Below are positions 21,048 through 32,393 of a DNA stretch of 64,000 nt, piece by piece (within the stretch, counting starts at the first letter, position 1; every line of letters begins with the position of its first letter). Made by a program: the position numbers and the translations under genes. The notes below the pieces were generated by a model. It searched no databases and was not told the DNA's origin. It worked only from the letters and a program-made list of their open reading frames with translations. This DNA is from an uncultured Spirochaetota bacterium (GTDB lineage Bacteria > Spirochaetota > Spirochaetia > SZUA-6 > Fen-1364). Location: assembly GCA_963734545.1 (NCBI GenBank), contig CAVTHO010000008.1:256001-320000 (forward strand), written 5' to 3'.

Positions 21048-22938
21048 CGCCGGGCCCCTTCCGCTGTTCGCAGCCAGACCAGCCACTCGAGGAGGATCAG
21101 CGCGAGAGCGACGACGGCGAAGACCACCCAGGCGAGCGAGTCCCCGACTGCTCCCGGCGCCGCCGCAGCGGCTCCTGCTCCCGCTGTTCCGCCGGTCTGC
21201 CCCGCGAAGCGCGGCCTCACGTCGGACTCAGCCTCGCTGGACAGGCTGACGGCAAACTCGCTGGCGCTCCCGCCGGTCTCTACGCGATAGTAGCCGACCT
21301 GCGTGGTGTCGAAGAACTCCACCGATTGCCCCGCGGAAGCAACGTGTTCCCGCGCGCCGTCGGGCCTGACCACGGTCAGGGTCGCCGCCGGGCAGCGCGG
21401 AAAGCATGCGGGGGCTTCCTGCCTGCACCTGGTCGGCCTGGACGGTCAGCCAGGAGGGGAAGAACCACGAAAGCGCGTTGGCCAGAAGGAGCGGGAAACC
21501 GGTCCTGAGCGGAAAGTCGGATTGGGCAGGATCAAAGCCGACGAGAAGCACCTTGAGCCCGGGCTGATCCCAGGAGAGCATCAGGGGCGCCTCGTGGGAA
21601 AAGGCAAGCGGCGTAAAGCCAGGCCCGGGTTCCAGGCGGAGAGCGGACCCGATGGTGAGCCCGCTCAGGGAGACTGATTCGAGCAGGGGGTGTGACCGGT
21701 TCCAGCCCGTGACGGCGGGCCGGGGAATCTGACCGGTCGCGTGGACAGGCAGGTTCGGGGGCACTGCCGCGAAGCAGACATAGTTGCCCTCCTCCAGCGG
21801 AGGCGGCTCGACGCCGTCGAATACCACCACATCATCCGCATCCGCGAGCCTGCGGGTTTCCCCGTGCGTGCCGGTCTCATCCGCGAGGCCTGCCGGCCCG
21901 GCCGCGGTGTGCAGGGTGACTCCGGGAAGCGAGCCAAGGGCTTTCTGAAGGAAGAACGAGCCCGGCCCGACGATCAGCACGCGCACGCTCCGGGCCGGTG
22001 CGAAGACGGCGTAGGCGCGATCGTCCACCGGAAAATCGTCCTCGAGCCGGATCCGGGCTTCGATCCTGCCCTTTGTCGACCCCTTCCAGGGAATGCTGAG
22101 GGTCCGCAGCTCGCCTGCCGCGAGACTGACCTCGCGGGATATGACGACGGCGCGTTCCGCGCTGACGGTGAGCGGGACAGAAACAGGGGCCCGGCCGAAA
22201 TTGTGCAGGGCCAGGAACATCTCGTAGGTTTCTTCTCCCGCAAGGGTGCGGCGAAACGAGAGCCCCGTGATGCCCACGTTGTTCCGGGCGGTCCCGACGG
22301 AGAGAATGCGCATCCAGGGAACAGTGGTGTCCAGGTCGCCGAGCGACTCGAAGGCCCCGTCTGTCACCAGGATCACCTGGTCCCCGCGGCGGGCATCACG
22401 CAGGGTAAGGGCGAAAAGCATGCTGTCGCCGGAGATCGCCCGGCTCGTCGGTGGCGGACGCGCTCTGGATTGCCCGGCGGAGCACGTCCCGATTTGCGGT
22501 AAACGGAACTGCCAGACGCGGGGAACGCGCCGCCGTGATCAGCGCCATGCGCGCGCCCCGGCGCAGCCCGCCCAGGACGTCCATGGCGCGCGCCCGGGCC
22601 AGCTCGAAACGCGTGCGGGCGCCTTCCCTGGTCTGCATGCTCGCCGTGCTGTCCAGCACGAGCACCGTGTCGCCGGCCGCAGCATACCCGCGGCCCGGGA
22701 AGCGCGGCCCGGCGAGCGCAACGGACAGCAGCGTCACGGCCAGCACCTCCAGGATCAGGCTGAGGTTCTTCAGCAGCCTCCTGATGCGCAGGCTGGTGCG
22801 CCTCTCCCGCAGCACCTCGTTCCAGAACACGAGGGACGAGACCGGCGTGTGCCGCCAGCGCACCGCAATGCTGTGGAGGATCACGATCAATGGGAGGAGA
22901 CCGAGAAGGAGGAGCCAGAGCGGCGCGGCGAAGCTCAT
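21044..22938 (-). CDS. BatA-type N-terminal/VWA domain membrane protein; frameshifted
   Basis: MSFAAPLWLLLL..ILH, LDSTASM MIDAS, VTDG, NNVGI, C-terminal LLEW. Confidence 0.82.
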
Positions 22939-23829
22939 CGGGAGTGCAGGTGCGCCCCCTGGCGGAGGTACTTCAGAACGACCTCTTCAAAGGGCACGAT
23001 CGTGGCGGTGCGCAGGTACTCGATGCGGTTCTTGAGACAGAACTCTTCCACGCCGCCGAAAAACTCGGTCACGCGCCGCCGATAGGCCGCCCGCATCGGC
23101 TTGTCCACGGCCACGGCAAGCTCCCGCCCGGTCTCCATGTCGGTGAGCCGCAGCGTCCCCTCCTCCCGGGGAGCGATCTCGTCCCGGTCCAGCACGTGGA
23201 CCAGCACGACATCGAAGTCGCGGAACAGGAGGGCGCGGAGACCGCGGCGGTAACCCTGGAAGGACTCGTCCATGAGGTCCGTGATGACGATTGCCAGGCC
23301 CGGGTTGCGGGAGCGCAGCGCGTAGTCCTCCAGGGACCGCGAAATGTCCGTGCCTCCTCCGGCCTTGATCCTGCTCATGTATTCCAGCAGGTGGAAGAGC
23401 TGCGCGCGGCCCCGGCGGGGCGCGAGCGCTCCCCCCAGGCCCGCGGCGAACGTGGTCACGCCCACCCGGTCCAGGGAGCCGATCCCCACGTAGCCGAGCG
23501 CGGCAGCCAGCCGGCGCGCATAGTCGATCTTCGCGCGGAGTGCCGTAGGACATGGACGCGCTCGCGTCGAGCAGCACGTGCACGGTGAGGTCCTCCTCCT
23601 CCGCGTACAGCCGCACGAACAGCCGGTCCAGCCGGCCGAATATGCTCCAGTCGATCGAGCGGAAGTCGTCCCCGGGCTGGTAGGTGCGATAGTCGGCGAA
23701 GTCGAGGCTGGTCCCGCGGCGCGGGGAGGCGTGCGCGCCCCGGGTATCCCCGCGGTAGATCCGTGCGCGAGACAAAGGAAAGGTATTCGAGCTTGCGGAG
23801 GAACTCGTGGTCGAAAAGCTCCCGGTCCA

Positions 23830-23830
<1 letters not shown>
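22935..23830 (-). CDS. DUF58 protein; frameshifted
   Basis: GTSLDFADYRTYQPGDDFRSIDW, LLDASASM, DRVG, ITD, DMETG. Confidence 0.9.
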
Positions 23831-24850
<1,020 letters not shown>

Positions 24851-24866
24851 ACATCCTCCGGTCTTT

Positions 24867-26342
24867 TTAATGCCGGGAATCGCCCTCGGAAACCCCGATG
24901 ATCGTGAAGTAGCTCTTCACGTATTCCTTCAGCTTCGGCGGGACCTCCTCCCGGGTCAGCGCGCTTTCCGCCGCCTGCGCGTACTGTCTCAGCACCTTGT
25001 CCTCCGGCAGCCGCGAGCCGCTCCACTCCGGGAGCGCCCGCACGAGGAACTTCGTCGACTCCCCTTCGCCGGGCGCTGCGTCCGTCTTCAGAGGGCTGCC
25101 CCGTCCGCCCTGCGCGATCCTCGACGGCGGTCCCCTGGTGTCAGGGACTGGCAGCAGGCCGGGGGCCCCCGCGGGCGCTTTTTTTCCTTGATCATTCGGA
25201 TCCAGGTCCGGTGCTGCATCCGCTCCCGCTTCCCGGCGGCAGGTTGCCCTGCCCCTTTCCCGACTGGTCGCTGCCGGGAGGAAGAACACCGCTGCCCGGG
25301 CTCGCGCGGAGGCGCCTGCGGTCCCTGCGCAAAGGAGGGCGGCTCCCCCCCTTCGGTGCCAGGGGGAGGTGGCGGAGCCCTGGCCCTGCCGCAGACGCTT
25401 CAACGCGTCTCCCATGTCCTTCAGGTCCTGGGCTCCCTGTTCTTCCTCCGGCGATGGCGCGGCAAATCCTTCTCCTCTGCCCGTTCCCGACCTGTTCGCC
25501 CCCGTCGGATCCCCGGCCCCTGACGGACCGCGGCCGCCTCCCCGCGGCTCTCCCAGCCTGAAGGCCCGCAGCCGCAGGTCATATTCGGCAACAAGCCGTC
25601 GCTCGAGGTCGGACATGCGATCAAGGGCTTCGTCTTTCCGGATGGCTCCCTGCGCGAGATCCCTCCCGAGCTTGGCGAGCTCCTGGGCAAGGGCAAGGCT
25701 CCGCCCGAGGTTCTGTGACCGCGCCGAGTCCTGCAGGCGCTGGCCGTAGCTCTGCAGATCTTCGCCGATCATGGCAAGCTCGCCCATGCCGGCGCGCCGT
25801 GCCGCGAAAAGCCCGCGCAGGTCGAAGGGAAATATCAGCGCGAGCGCGATGAGCGCGGCGAGAGCAGGCACGAACGGGAGCAGAGGAAGCCGCAGCGCGC
25901 CCAGAATCCGGCGCGGACTCGACCGGGCCATGAGATCCGCGGCCTCGTCGATGACCGCCTCCGAGAAGGTCTCCCCCCAGGGAGTGTCGACCAGTTCGAA
26001 AGCAGTGCTGGCGAGCTCCCTGCTGCCCAGGGACCGGTCGGCGCTGATGAGGAGGCGCCGCACGTCGATCCGATGAAAAAGCGCAAGGAGAATGCCCGCA
26101 AGAGTTCCGATGGCCGCCGCGCAGCCCGTGATTGCCGGGGCCGGAAAGGGCAGAGAGAATGTCCCTGCGAGCGCGGCAGCCACGAGCCCGGGAAGGAGTC
26201 CGATGAAAAGCCCTTCCGAAGCCCGACGCAGGATGAGGTCCCGTCGTGCGTGCAGCACGAGCCTCCTCACGCGCGCCCCGAATTCCGCGCGTGCGGTTCC
26301 CTGTGCTGCCTCAGTGCGTCTCGCTCTTCCCTGGCCGTTCAC
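24867..26342 (-). CDS. Membrane-anchored coiled-coil protein with Gly/Pro-rich linker
   Basis: Three N-terminal TM segments, helical middle, EEVPPKLKEYVKSYF tail typical of MoxR-cluster proteins. Confidence 0.7.
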   Translation of the reverse strand: MNGQGRARRTEAAQGTARAEFGARVRRLVLHARRDLILRRASEGLFIGLLPGLVAAALAGTFSLPFPAPAITGCAAAIGTLAGILLALFHRIDVRRLLISADRSLGSRELASTAFELVDTPWGETFSEAVIDEAADLMARSSPRRILGALRLPLLPFVPALAALIALALIFPFDLRGLFAARRAGMGELAMIGEDLQSYGQRLQDSARSQNLGRSLALAQELAKLGRDLAQGAIRKDEALDRMSDLERRLVAEYDLRLRAFRLGEPRGGGRGPSGAGDPTGANRSGTGRGEGFAAPSPEEEQGAQDLKDMGDALKRLRQGQGSATSPWHRRGGAALLCAGTAGASARARAAVFFLPAATSRERGRATCRREAGADAAPDLDPNDQGKKAPAGAPGLLPVPDTRGPPSRIAQGGRGSPLKTDAAPGEGESTKFLVRALPEWSGSRLPEDKVLRQYAQAAESALTREEVPPKLKEYVKSYFTIIGVSEGDSRH

Positions 26343-27097
26343 GACTTCTTATTGCTCCCAGGCTGGCAAAGGCGGTCCCCGCGAGCAGGAGCGCTGCCAG
26401 CACGCTCATGATAACGGAAAGCGAGAAAAAGGGAATGGAGCCGACGGGGAGGCTGATCGGCGCCGACGGCGGTCCCGTCCCGGGTGAGGATGCTCAGGAT
26501 GGCCACGATCGGATTTACCGAGGGAACAACAAGGGCGCTGACCACGAGAAACATGATGATGCCCACGGCGAGGGTCACGTCGCGCGCGCCCTGCCGTTCC
26601 AGCAGGGCGAGGGTCAGGAGCCCGTACATCCTGACGGCGAAAGTGGCGGCGCCGATCACCAGCAGGGCCGGAAGGATCAGAGACAGGCCCCCGCCGCTGA
26701 CAGCGAGCGATGCGAGGAGGAAGGGGGCGCCCAGGGCGAGGAGGAACAGGGTGTGGAGCAGCGCAAATACCGCCTTGCCGGCCACAAGCGAGGCAAGTGA
26801 GACAGGGGTGAGGAGAGCATACTCGCGCAGCCGCACCTGCGCCTCCGGAGAGAAACCCTCCGAGCCGTAGCGCGCGCCCAGGTAGGTCAGGCAGAAGTAC
26901 AGGCCGATAGCGACGGACGTGAAGGTTCCCGGGAAGGCACCGGTGCGCACGACGACATCGAAGCTCACGCGGGGCCACCAGAGAAGCAGCGCCACGCCGG
27001 CCACGCCCACCAGGGCGAGATAGGAGTGAAGAATGGTCTGCTGCGTGAAGTAGGTTTTCAGCCCTTCGTCCATGAAGGGATTGCGGGCGATCCTCAT
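26339..27097 (-). CDS. ABC-2-type permease-like membrane protein
   Basis: NP..E start, LLTPVS..LVAGK motif, about 6 TM segments; probable indel near the C-terminus. Confidence 0.72.
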   Translation of the reverse strand: MRIARNPFMDEGLKTYFTQQTILHSYLALVGVAGVALLLWWPRVSFDVVVRTGAFPGTFTSVAIGLYFCLTYLGARYGSEGFSPEAQVRLREYALLTPVSLASLVAGKAVFALLHTLFLLALGAPFLLASLAVSGGGLSLILPALLVIGAATFAVRMYGLLTLALLERQGARDVTLAVGIIMFLVVSALVVPSVNPIVAILSILTRDGTAVGADQPPRRLHSLFLAFRYHERAGSAPARGDRLCQPGSNKKS

Positions 27098-29010
27098 CGC
27101 GCCTGCACCACGATCAGGGAGAGCGCGGGCCGATCCGGCAGCCAGCCGGCGCCGGCAAGGACCCGGGGGATCACGGGGCCCTCCATCCATCCGACAAGGA
27201 GGTTCGACCCGCTGGATGAGCGCGAGGGACCCTTTACCGGCTCCCCTTCGGCCTGGTCAAAGAATGAGGCTCTGCGGGCGTCCCCCGTGATCCGCTGCCA
27301 CGACTCTGGATCTCCCATCGAGAGGCCGTCGACCGTCGCGAACGTCCGCGTGACCGTCTCAAGAGGCGCAACGTCCCCCACCGGGTAGCCGCGGCCGGCG
27401 TGCAGGAGGAAGCATCGCCGCAGAAGGCGCGCCGAGCCATTGGAAACAGTGAGCGTGAAGGAAGGCCTCGCCGCCGCTCACGCGGGCCTCGAGGGGCATG
27501 GGGATGACGGCATTGAGCACGAGCAACCGGCTTCCGTACCTGCCGAGCGAGATGCTGCCGAGGATCGTCTCCCGGCTGGTGTCCACGGTGAAGCCCGGGT
27601 TCGGAGCGCGCAGACCGCGCGTCGGGACACTCATGGTGACTGACTCGTCCACCGCCACGTCGGCCGTGCCCAGGGAGATCTCGGCGGAACCTGCCTGCAC
27701 GGCGAACAGCCCGACCTTTTCCGTGACGCGCGCCATGCCGTCCCCTGAGGCCATATCCAATCTCGCCGCGTCCAGCATGCGGGCGTCCGGCCGGAAGAGC
27801 TCCTGATTGAAAAGCAGCCAGCCTGCGCACCACGCGGCAGCCACGACGCACAGGAGCAGCACGAGGCGCGATTGCGCGGCGAGCCTGCGCAAAAACCGAG
27901 CGCTGAGAAGAGGCACGAGCAGCACGAGGTAGCCCCCGACAAAGGCCAGCACGGCGATCGACGACGGAAACCGCAGGGGCGGGTTTGCGAGGAGAGGTCT
28001 CATCCACGGATCGTCCGCCGCGCTGCCGATGGAGGCGCCCAGGACGGGTTGTCGATCATTTTCCGCCAGCCGCCGCCACAAGGCAAGCGATCCCGTCCAG
28101 GAATCCAGCGGCGCGAGCGTAGGGTCGAATGCGGTGAACCAGATGACCCCCCGGCCGAGCCGGCGCTGCACGAGAATGGGGATCCCCTCCTGGGACGAGA
28201 GGACGACCCCCGTGGTGACTCTTGACGCTGCAATGTATCATCTTTCCGCGCGGGCCCCGGCGGACCCCCAGAAACGCGGCAAGGGAAGGCAGATCGTCGC
28301 GTTCACGCAGGTCGGTGACCTCCACCGGGAGCAGCCGCCCCAGGCCCGCGCCGGCGTGCTGGAGGGCGTCCGTGCCCCCGGTGAACACGAGGGATCCGCC
28401 CGTCACGACCCATCGCTCGAGGGCGGCGACCTGCGCGGCGCGGAGCTGCTGGAATGCCGTGTCGTGCACCACGACCATGTCCACCGCGTCGTAGCCGGCC
28501 CAGGATTCAGGAAGATCGTCCACCCGGGGATACACGAGGCGCACGGCCTCGTTCGGGCCGGAGAGCGCGCTCACCATATCCAGCGAGAGCTCGCTGCTGA
28601 TTCCGGCCACGAGACGGTCGGTGGTGGCGAGGGTGCGCAGGTCCACCTCCTGGCGGGCGATCTCCACGCCGTCCGCGGAGACCGCAACCTTGAGGGATCG
28701 GGCGCCGCGCGCAAGGGGAACCACGAACGGGATCCTCCGCGTGACGCCTCCGGGCAGAAACGCCTGGCGCGTGAAGGAGCGCTGCGTCACCACGCCGCGG
28801 AGGCCGCCCCACGTCACCTCCACCCGCACGAGCGCCTGGAGCTTCGCCCCCGAGTTCTCGACGCTCACCAGCAGGGGCGTAAAGCGTCCCTCCCGGATCA
28901 CGCCGTTCCAGCCGAGCAGGGTGTCGCAGCGCACGGATGAGGCGGACTGCGCGGGCAGGGATGCGGCCAGAATGAGCAGCAGCGAGATGAGCGGCAGGGA
29001 CGGCGCGAGC
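27094..29010 (-). CDS. Exported/membrane protein with a GATase1-like domain; several frameshifts, start uncertain
   Basis: Signal-like LPLISLLLILAASLPA, LPESWAGYDAVD, LERWVVTGG, RRLGRG..TAFD, two TM segments; pieces in ORFs 28056-29216, 27359-28171 and 27094-27381. Confidence 0.65.
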
Positions 29011-29467
29011 CTACCGGCCCGGGCTGCCCTGTGTGGTGAGGACCTCAATGATGAACGACCTCTCGGAAGCGGCACCTGTCTTCCGGCGCGTGAAAAGGTA
29101 CAGCACGCCGAATGCCCCGAAGAAAAACAGCGTGGCGACCACGATCCCCGACGCCATTGACGCCGAGGGGACCCCCAGCTCGGTGGGTATGGCGCTGCCC
29201 GCGGCGTATCCGGCAAAGAGGAGCGCCACGGGGAACACGAAAAGCAGAAGCAGCATGGTCACAGGCGCGGCCCCTTCCGTGCGCACCCTCACGACGTCGC
29301 CGGCGCGGACGCCGAGCCGGTCTCTCACACCGGGCAATGATAAAATACTCCTTTTCAGAAAACCTGCAGGCGCAGCACTCTCCACACTCCCGGGACCGCT
29401 CGATGCGCACCCGTGCCGCTCCCCGGCCTCCGTCGATGACCACCCCGCGTTCCTCGATTGCCCTCAT
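29011..29467 (-). CDS. RseC/MucC-family protein; frameshifted
   Basis: MRAIEERGVV..ARVRIER..CGECCAC, G..GDVVRV, two TM helices. Confidence 0.75.
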
Positions 29468-29472
29468 GCCGC

Positions 29473-29985
29473 TCACGAGATCCGCTCCTGCACCCGCGAG
29501 TCGAGCATTGCATCACCGTCGAAGATGAAATATCCGCGGAAGCGCCTTCCCTGGAGAAGGAGGGGAAGCCACAGCACGTCGTCTGCCCACATCTTCTCAT
29601 ACGGGATGCTGTCCAGGGCGGTCCAGAGAGGGGCTGCCTCGTGCGTTTCACACAATTCCCCTTCGAAGCCCGTGCCCGTGAAGACGACGCCGTGCAGCGC
29701 ATACCCGTCGACAAACTGGAAAAAGAGCTCTCCCGCCTCCCGCACGCCGGTGGGTGTCACGCAGAGCTCCTCCCGCACTTCGCGGATGGCGCACTGCCGG
29801 GGAGTCTCACCCGGATCGATGCGTCCGCCGGGGCCGTTGATCTTGCCGGCACCCAGCCCCGTCTTCTTGTGGATGAGGAGGATCTGGCCGTCGCGCAGGA
29901 CGAACAGCAGGGTCGCCTTTTCGGTGGGCACCCAGGACGCCCAGTCGATCTCACTCACCCTGCGCGCGTTCGCCTGCGGGCCCAT
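29473..29985 (-). CDS. NUDIX hydrolase (MTH1-like oxidised purine nucleotide diphosphatase)
   Basis: KKTGLGAGKINGPGGRIDPGETPRQCAIREVREE Nudix box; IPYEKMWADD. Confidence 0.9.
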   Translation of the reverse strand: MGPQANARRVSEIDWASWVPTEKATLLFVLRDGQILLIHKKTGLGAGKINGPGGRIDPGETPRQCAIREVREELCVTPTGVREAGELFFQFVDGYALHGVVFTGTGFEGELCETHEAAPLWTALDSIPYEKMWADDVLWLPLLLQGRRFRGYFIFDGDAMLDSRVQERIS

Positions 29986-30060
29986 AGGATTCTTACCTTA
30001 TCGAATCGCCCGCGTGTTTTCAATCCCGGTGCCGCCGCGGGCACGTCGGCACTTTTTTTG

Positions 30061-30089
30061 TTGCATTCCCGCGAGGCCGGGTTTATACT
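30061..30089 (+). promoter_or_regulatory. sigma70-type promoter with upstream T-tract
   Basis: TTGCAT-N17-TATACT preceded by T7 at 30053-30059. Confidence 0.65.
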
Positions 30090-30093
30090 GCGC

Positions 30094-30212
30094 GCGATGA
30101 AGTATCTTCATCGCCGAAGGGGATTGTGAGAAGCAGGGGCCTCCTGATGGAGGTTGCAGGTCTCTCGTAGAGAGTCACCTCAAAATGCGCCTCTCACATC
30201 CCCTTCCACTTT
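30094..30212 (+). ncRNA. Candidate structured small RNA of unknown family
   Basis: Perfect 9-bp hairpin 30094-30114; 15-bp closing stem 30116-30131/30192-30206 enclosing two hairpins; immediately downstream of the promoter. Confidence 0.5.
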
Positions 30213-30746
30213 TCAGAACAATCCAATGTTCCTTGCGAGCCGGGGTATCTCACTCGGCGTGAAAATGTGCCTTCCCGAGACCACCTGGAGAATCGTGAGC
30301 AGCGCGACCACCGCGAGAAACACGCTTCGTGTCACGAGGTGGGAAAAACCGCGAGTGACGAGCAGGGAGAAAAGCCAGGCCAGGCCCGCGGCGGCGGCAA
30401 CCGCGACTGCGGACAGAATGCACCCTGCCAGAAACAAAACTGCTGAACCGCGGCCCAGGAGACGGAATGCCAGATCGAAACCGAACCGGGTCCCGGTTGC
30501 ATAGCCGAGCAGGAAAACCAGCAGGAGGCACACCGCAATTCGAATGAAGATGCGCGGACCCCGGCCCGCCGTGGCCGCTCCCAGGAGGGCGGCTGCGACC
30601 AGGAGAAGGTCGACCGAGGGGGCAAGAAGGGAAGATAGCGGGGCGGCGGGAGACCAGCCGGGCAGATTGATGAGGAGGTCGAACAGGAACAATCCAGCGA
30701 TGAGCCCCGCGATGCCACGGGGCACCGTGGCGCAACCAGAATCCAC
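30213..30746 (-). CDS. Hypothetical integral membrane protein
   Basis: About 5 hydrophobic segments; start uncertain. Confidence 0.6.
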   Translation of the reverse strand: MDSGCATVPRGIAGLIAGLFLFDLLINLPGWSPAAPLSSLLAPSVDLLLVAAALLGAATAGRGPRIFIRIAVCLLLVFLLGYATGTRFGFDLAFRLLGRGSAVLFLAGCILSAVAVAAAAGLAWLFSLLVTRGFSHLVTRSVFLAVVALLTILQVVSGRHIFTPSEIPRLARNIGLF

Positions 30747-30772
30747 GGGGTACAGTGGCGCTCTCGATGCGC

Positions 30773-31279
30773 CTACTCCCGCGTGCGCCGCGGCATGACC
30801 TTGAGGTACATCACCTTGGCGTCACCGGGCGCGTAGAAGTCCTCCAGCTCGGCGATCTGCGTGTAGCCGCGGGCGAGGTAGAAAGCGCGGGTAGGCTCGT
30901 AGAGGGGCCGCGCGGAGGTCTCGATATACACGCGCGTGCCCCCCAGCGCGGCAATTGCCTCCTCGCTCTGCTCGAGGAGCTGCGTGCCCAGGCCCTTGCC
31001 GCGGTACGTGCCGCTGACGACGATCCAGTACAGGTCATAGCTCTCCCGGGTGCAGGCGATGGGCCCGAAGCTCGTGTACCCCACCGTGCGTCCGTCCTGC
31101 TCGGCAAAAAGGAAGTGGTACCCGCAGCTCGGCCCCTTGGCCAGCCGATCCTCCACGAGCTCGACCGCGGTGTCCACCTCCTCCGGATAGAAGAAGCCGG
31201 TGGAGTCCGTGATCTCGCGGACCACCTTCAGGTCCTTCTCCGTCACGGTGCTCCGAAACCCGATCTTCACGACGTTCAT
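30773..31279 (-). CDS. GNAT-family N-acetyltransferase
   Basis: YDLYWIVV...RGKGLG motif A; YIETS..LYEPTRAFY..GY; ATGA-coupled to the upstream ligase. Confidence 0.88.
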   Translation of the reverse strand: MNVVKIGFRSTVTEKDLKVVREITDSTGFFYPEEVDTAVELVEDRLAKGPSCGYHFLFAEQDGRTVGYTSFGPIACTRESYDLYWIVVSGTYRGKGLGTQLLEQSEEAIAALGGTRVYIETSARPLYEPTRAFYLARGYTQIAELEDFYAPGDAKVMYLKVMPRRTRE

Positions 31280-32302
31280 GCGTGGCGCTCCTCTGCCTGT
31301 TTCCCGGCGCTCACTCGCGTGGCCGCCGAGACGATTCTTCCGACAACATCCTCGGTCGTCAAACCTGCCCTGCCTGCCGCGGCCATGAAACCGGCGTCCG
31401 GGGCGAGACAGGGGTTGGTGTTTACCTCCAGGATCCAGGGGCGTCCCGCAGGGTCGACCCGGAAATCCACCCGCGCGTAGCCCCGCAGGCCGAAAAGCTG
31501 CCAGCACTCGCGGCTCAACCGCACGAGTGTCCGCACCAGCTCAGCGTCTTCGCCCGGAAAATCGAATACTCTCGGCGTGGCGCGGTACTCGAAAGACCCT
31601 TCCACCCACTTGGCCTTGTAGCCGACCATCCTCGGCTTGCCGTCGAGGGTAGCCGACGAACTGGATTTCCGCCGGAGGGAGACTTTCCGGCTCTTTCTCC
31701 CCGTCCAGCAGCGCCAGGTTGAACTCCCTGCCGTCGATGAACGACTCGACGAAGAGGTTTTCGATTGCCTCCCGTTCCGCGCGTCGGCGTATCTCGGCTG
31801 CAAGGTCTTCCGCCGACCCCGCCACCGAGCTGTCCTCCAGACCGATGGATGCATGCTCCCACACCGACTTCACGATCCACGGAGGGGGAAAGCCCGGCCC
31901 GGCAGCGAGAGACGCGGCTGCAGCCGCCCATGGCGGTGTGGCCATCCCCCCCGCGGCGAGGTTCCTCTTGGCAAGCACCTTGTGCGAGGTGAGCAGGATC
32001 GCTTCGCAGGAAGCGCCCGTGTACGGGATGCCCAGGGTGTCGAGAAGGCTCGGCGCAAGGTGAATCAGGCTGCCCTTCCCCTCGATGGTCTCGGCCAGGT
32101 TGAAGGCAAGGAGGGGCGCTGCCGCCTTCAGTACCGCTGCCGTCACACCCAGGTCGAGCGATACCGGCACGTCGAATGTCTCATGGCCCAGTGCGTGCAG
32201 CGCCGCGCGGACGGTGTTCACCTGGACCAGGACGTCCGCTTCATCTGCCGGGGCCGAAGGGTCCACCCGGCCGTAGACGATGGCGATCTTCTGGTGATTC
32301 AT
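31276..32302 (-). CDS. D-Ala-D-Ala ligase-like ATP-grasp enzyme; indel near 31650
   Basis: FNLAE, GIPYTG, VKSVWEHASIG, FIDGREF, YARVDFR, ILEVNTNP. Confidence 0.88.
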
Positions 32303-32393
32303 GGGGAGGCGTCGGTGTGCGGGAGAGATATGTGCGCCACGGTATTTCGTGGATTTTGCGCCGCGTCCGTTTCGGGCGCGGCGCATCGGGTGG

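Noticed and set aside
30116-30209. tRNA, tRNA-Sec, SRP RNA or hammerhead ribozyme
   Set aside because: No T-loop TTC or anticodon arm, no correctly placed NCCA, no SRP GGAA/AGCAG motif, and CTGATGG lacks the rest of the hammerhead core.
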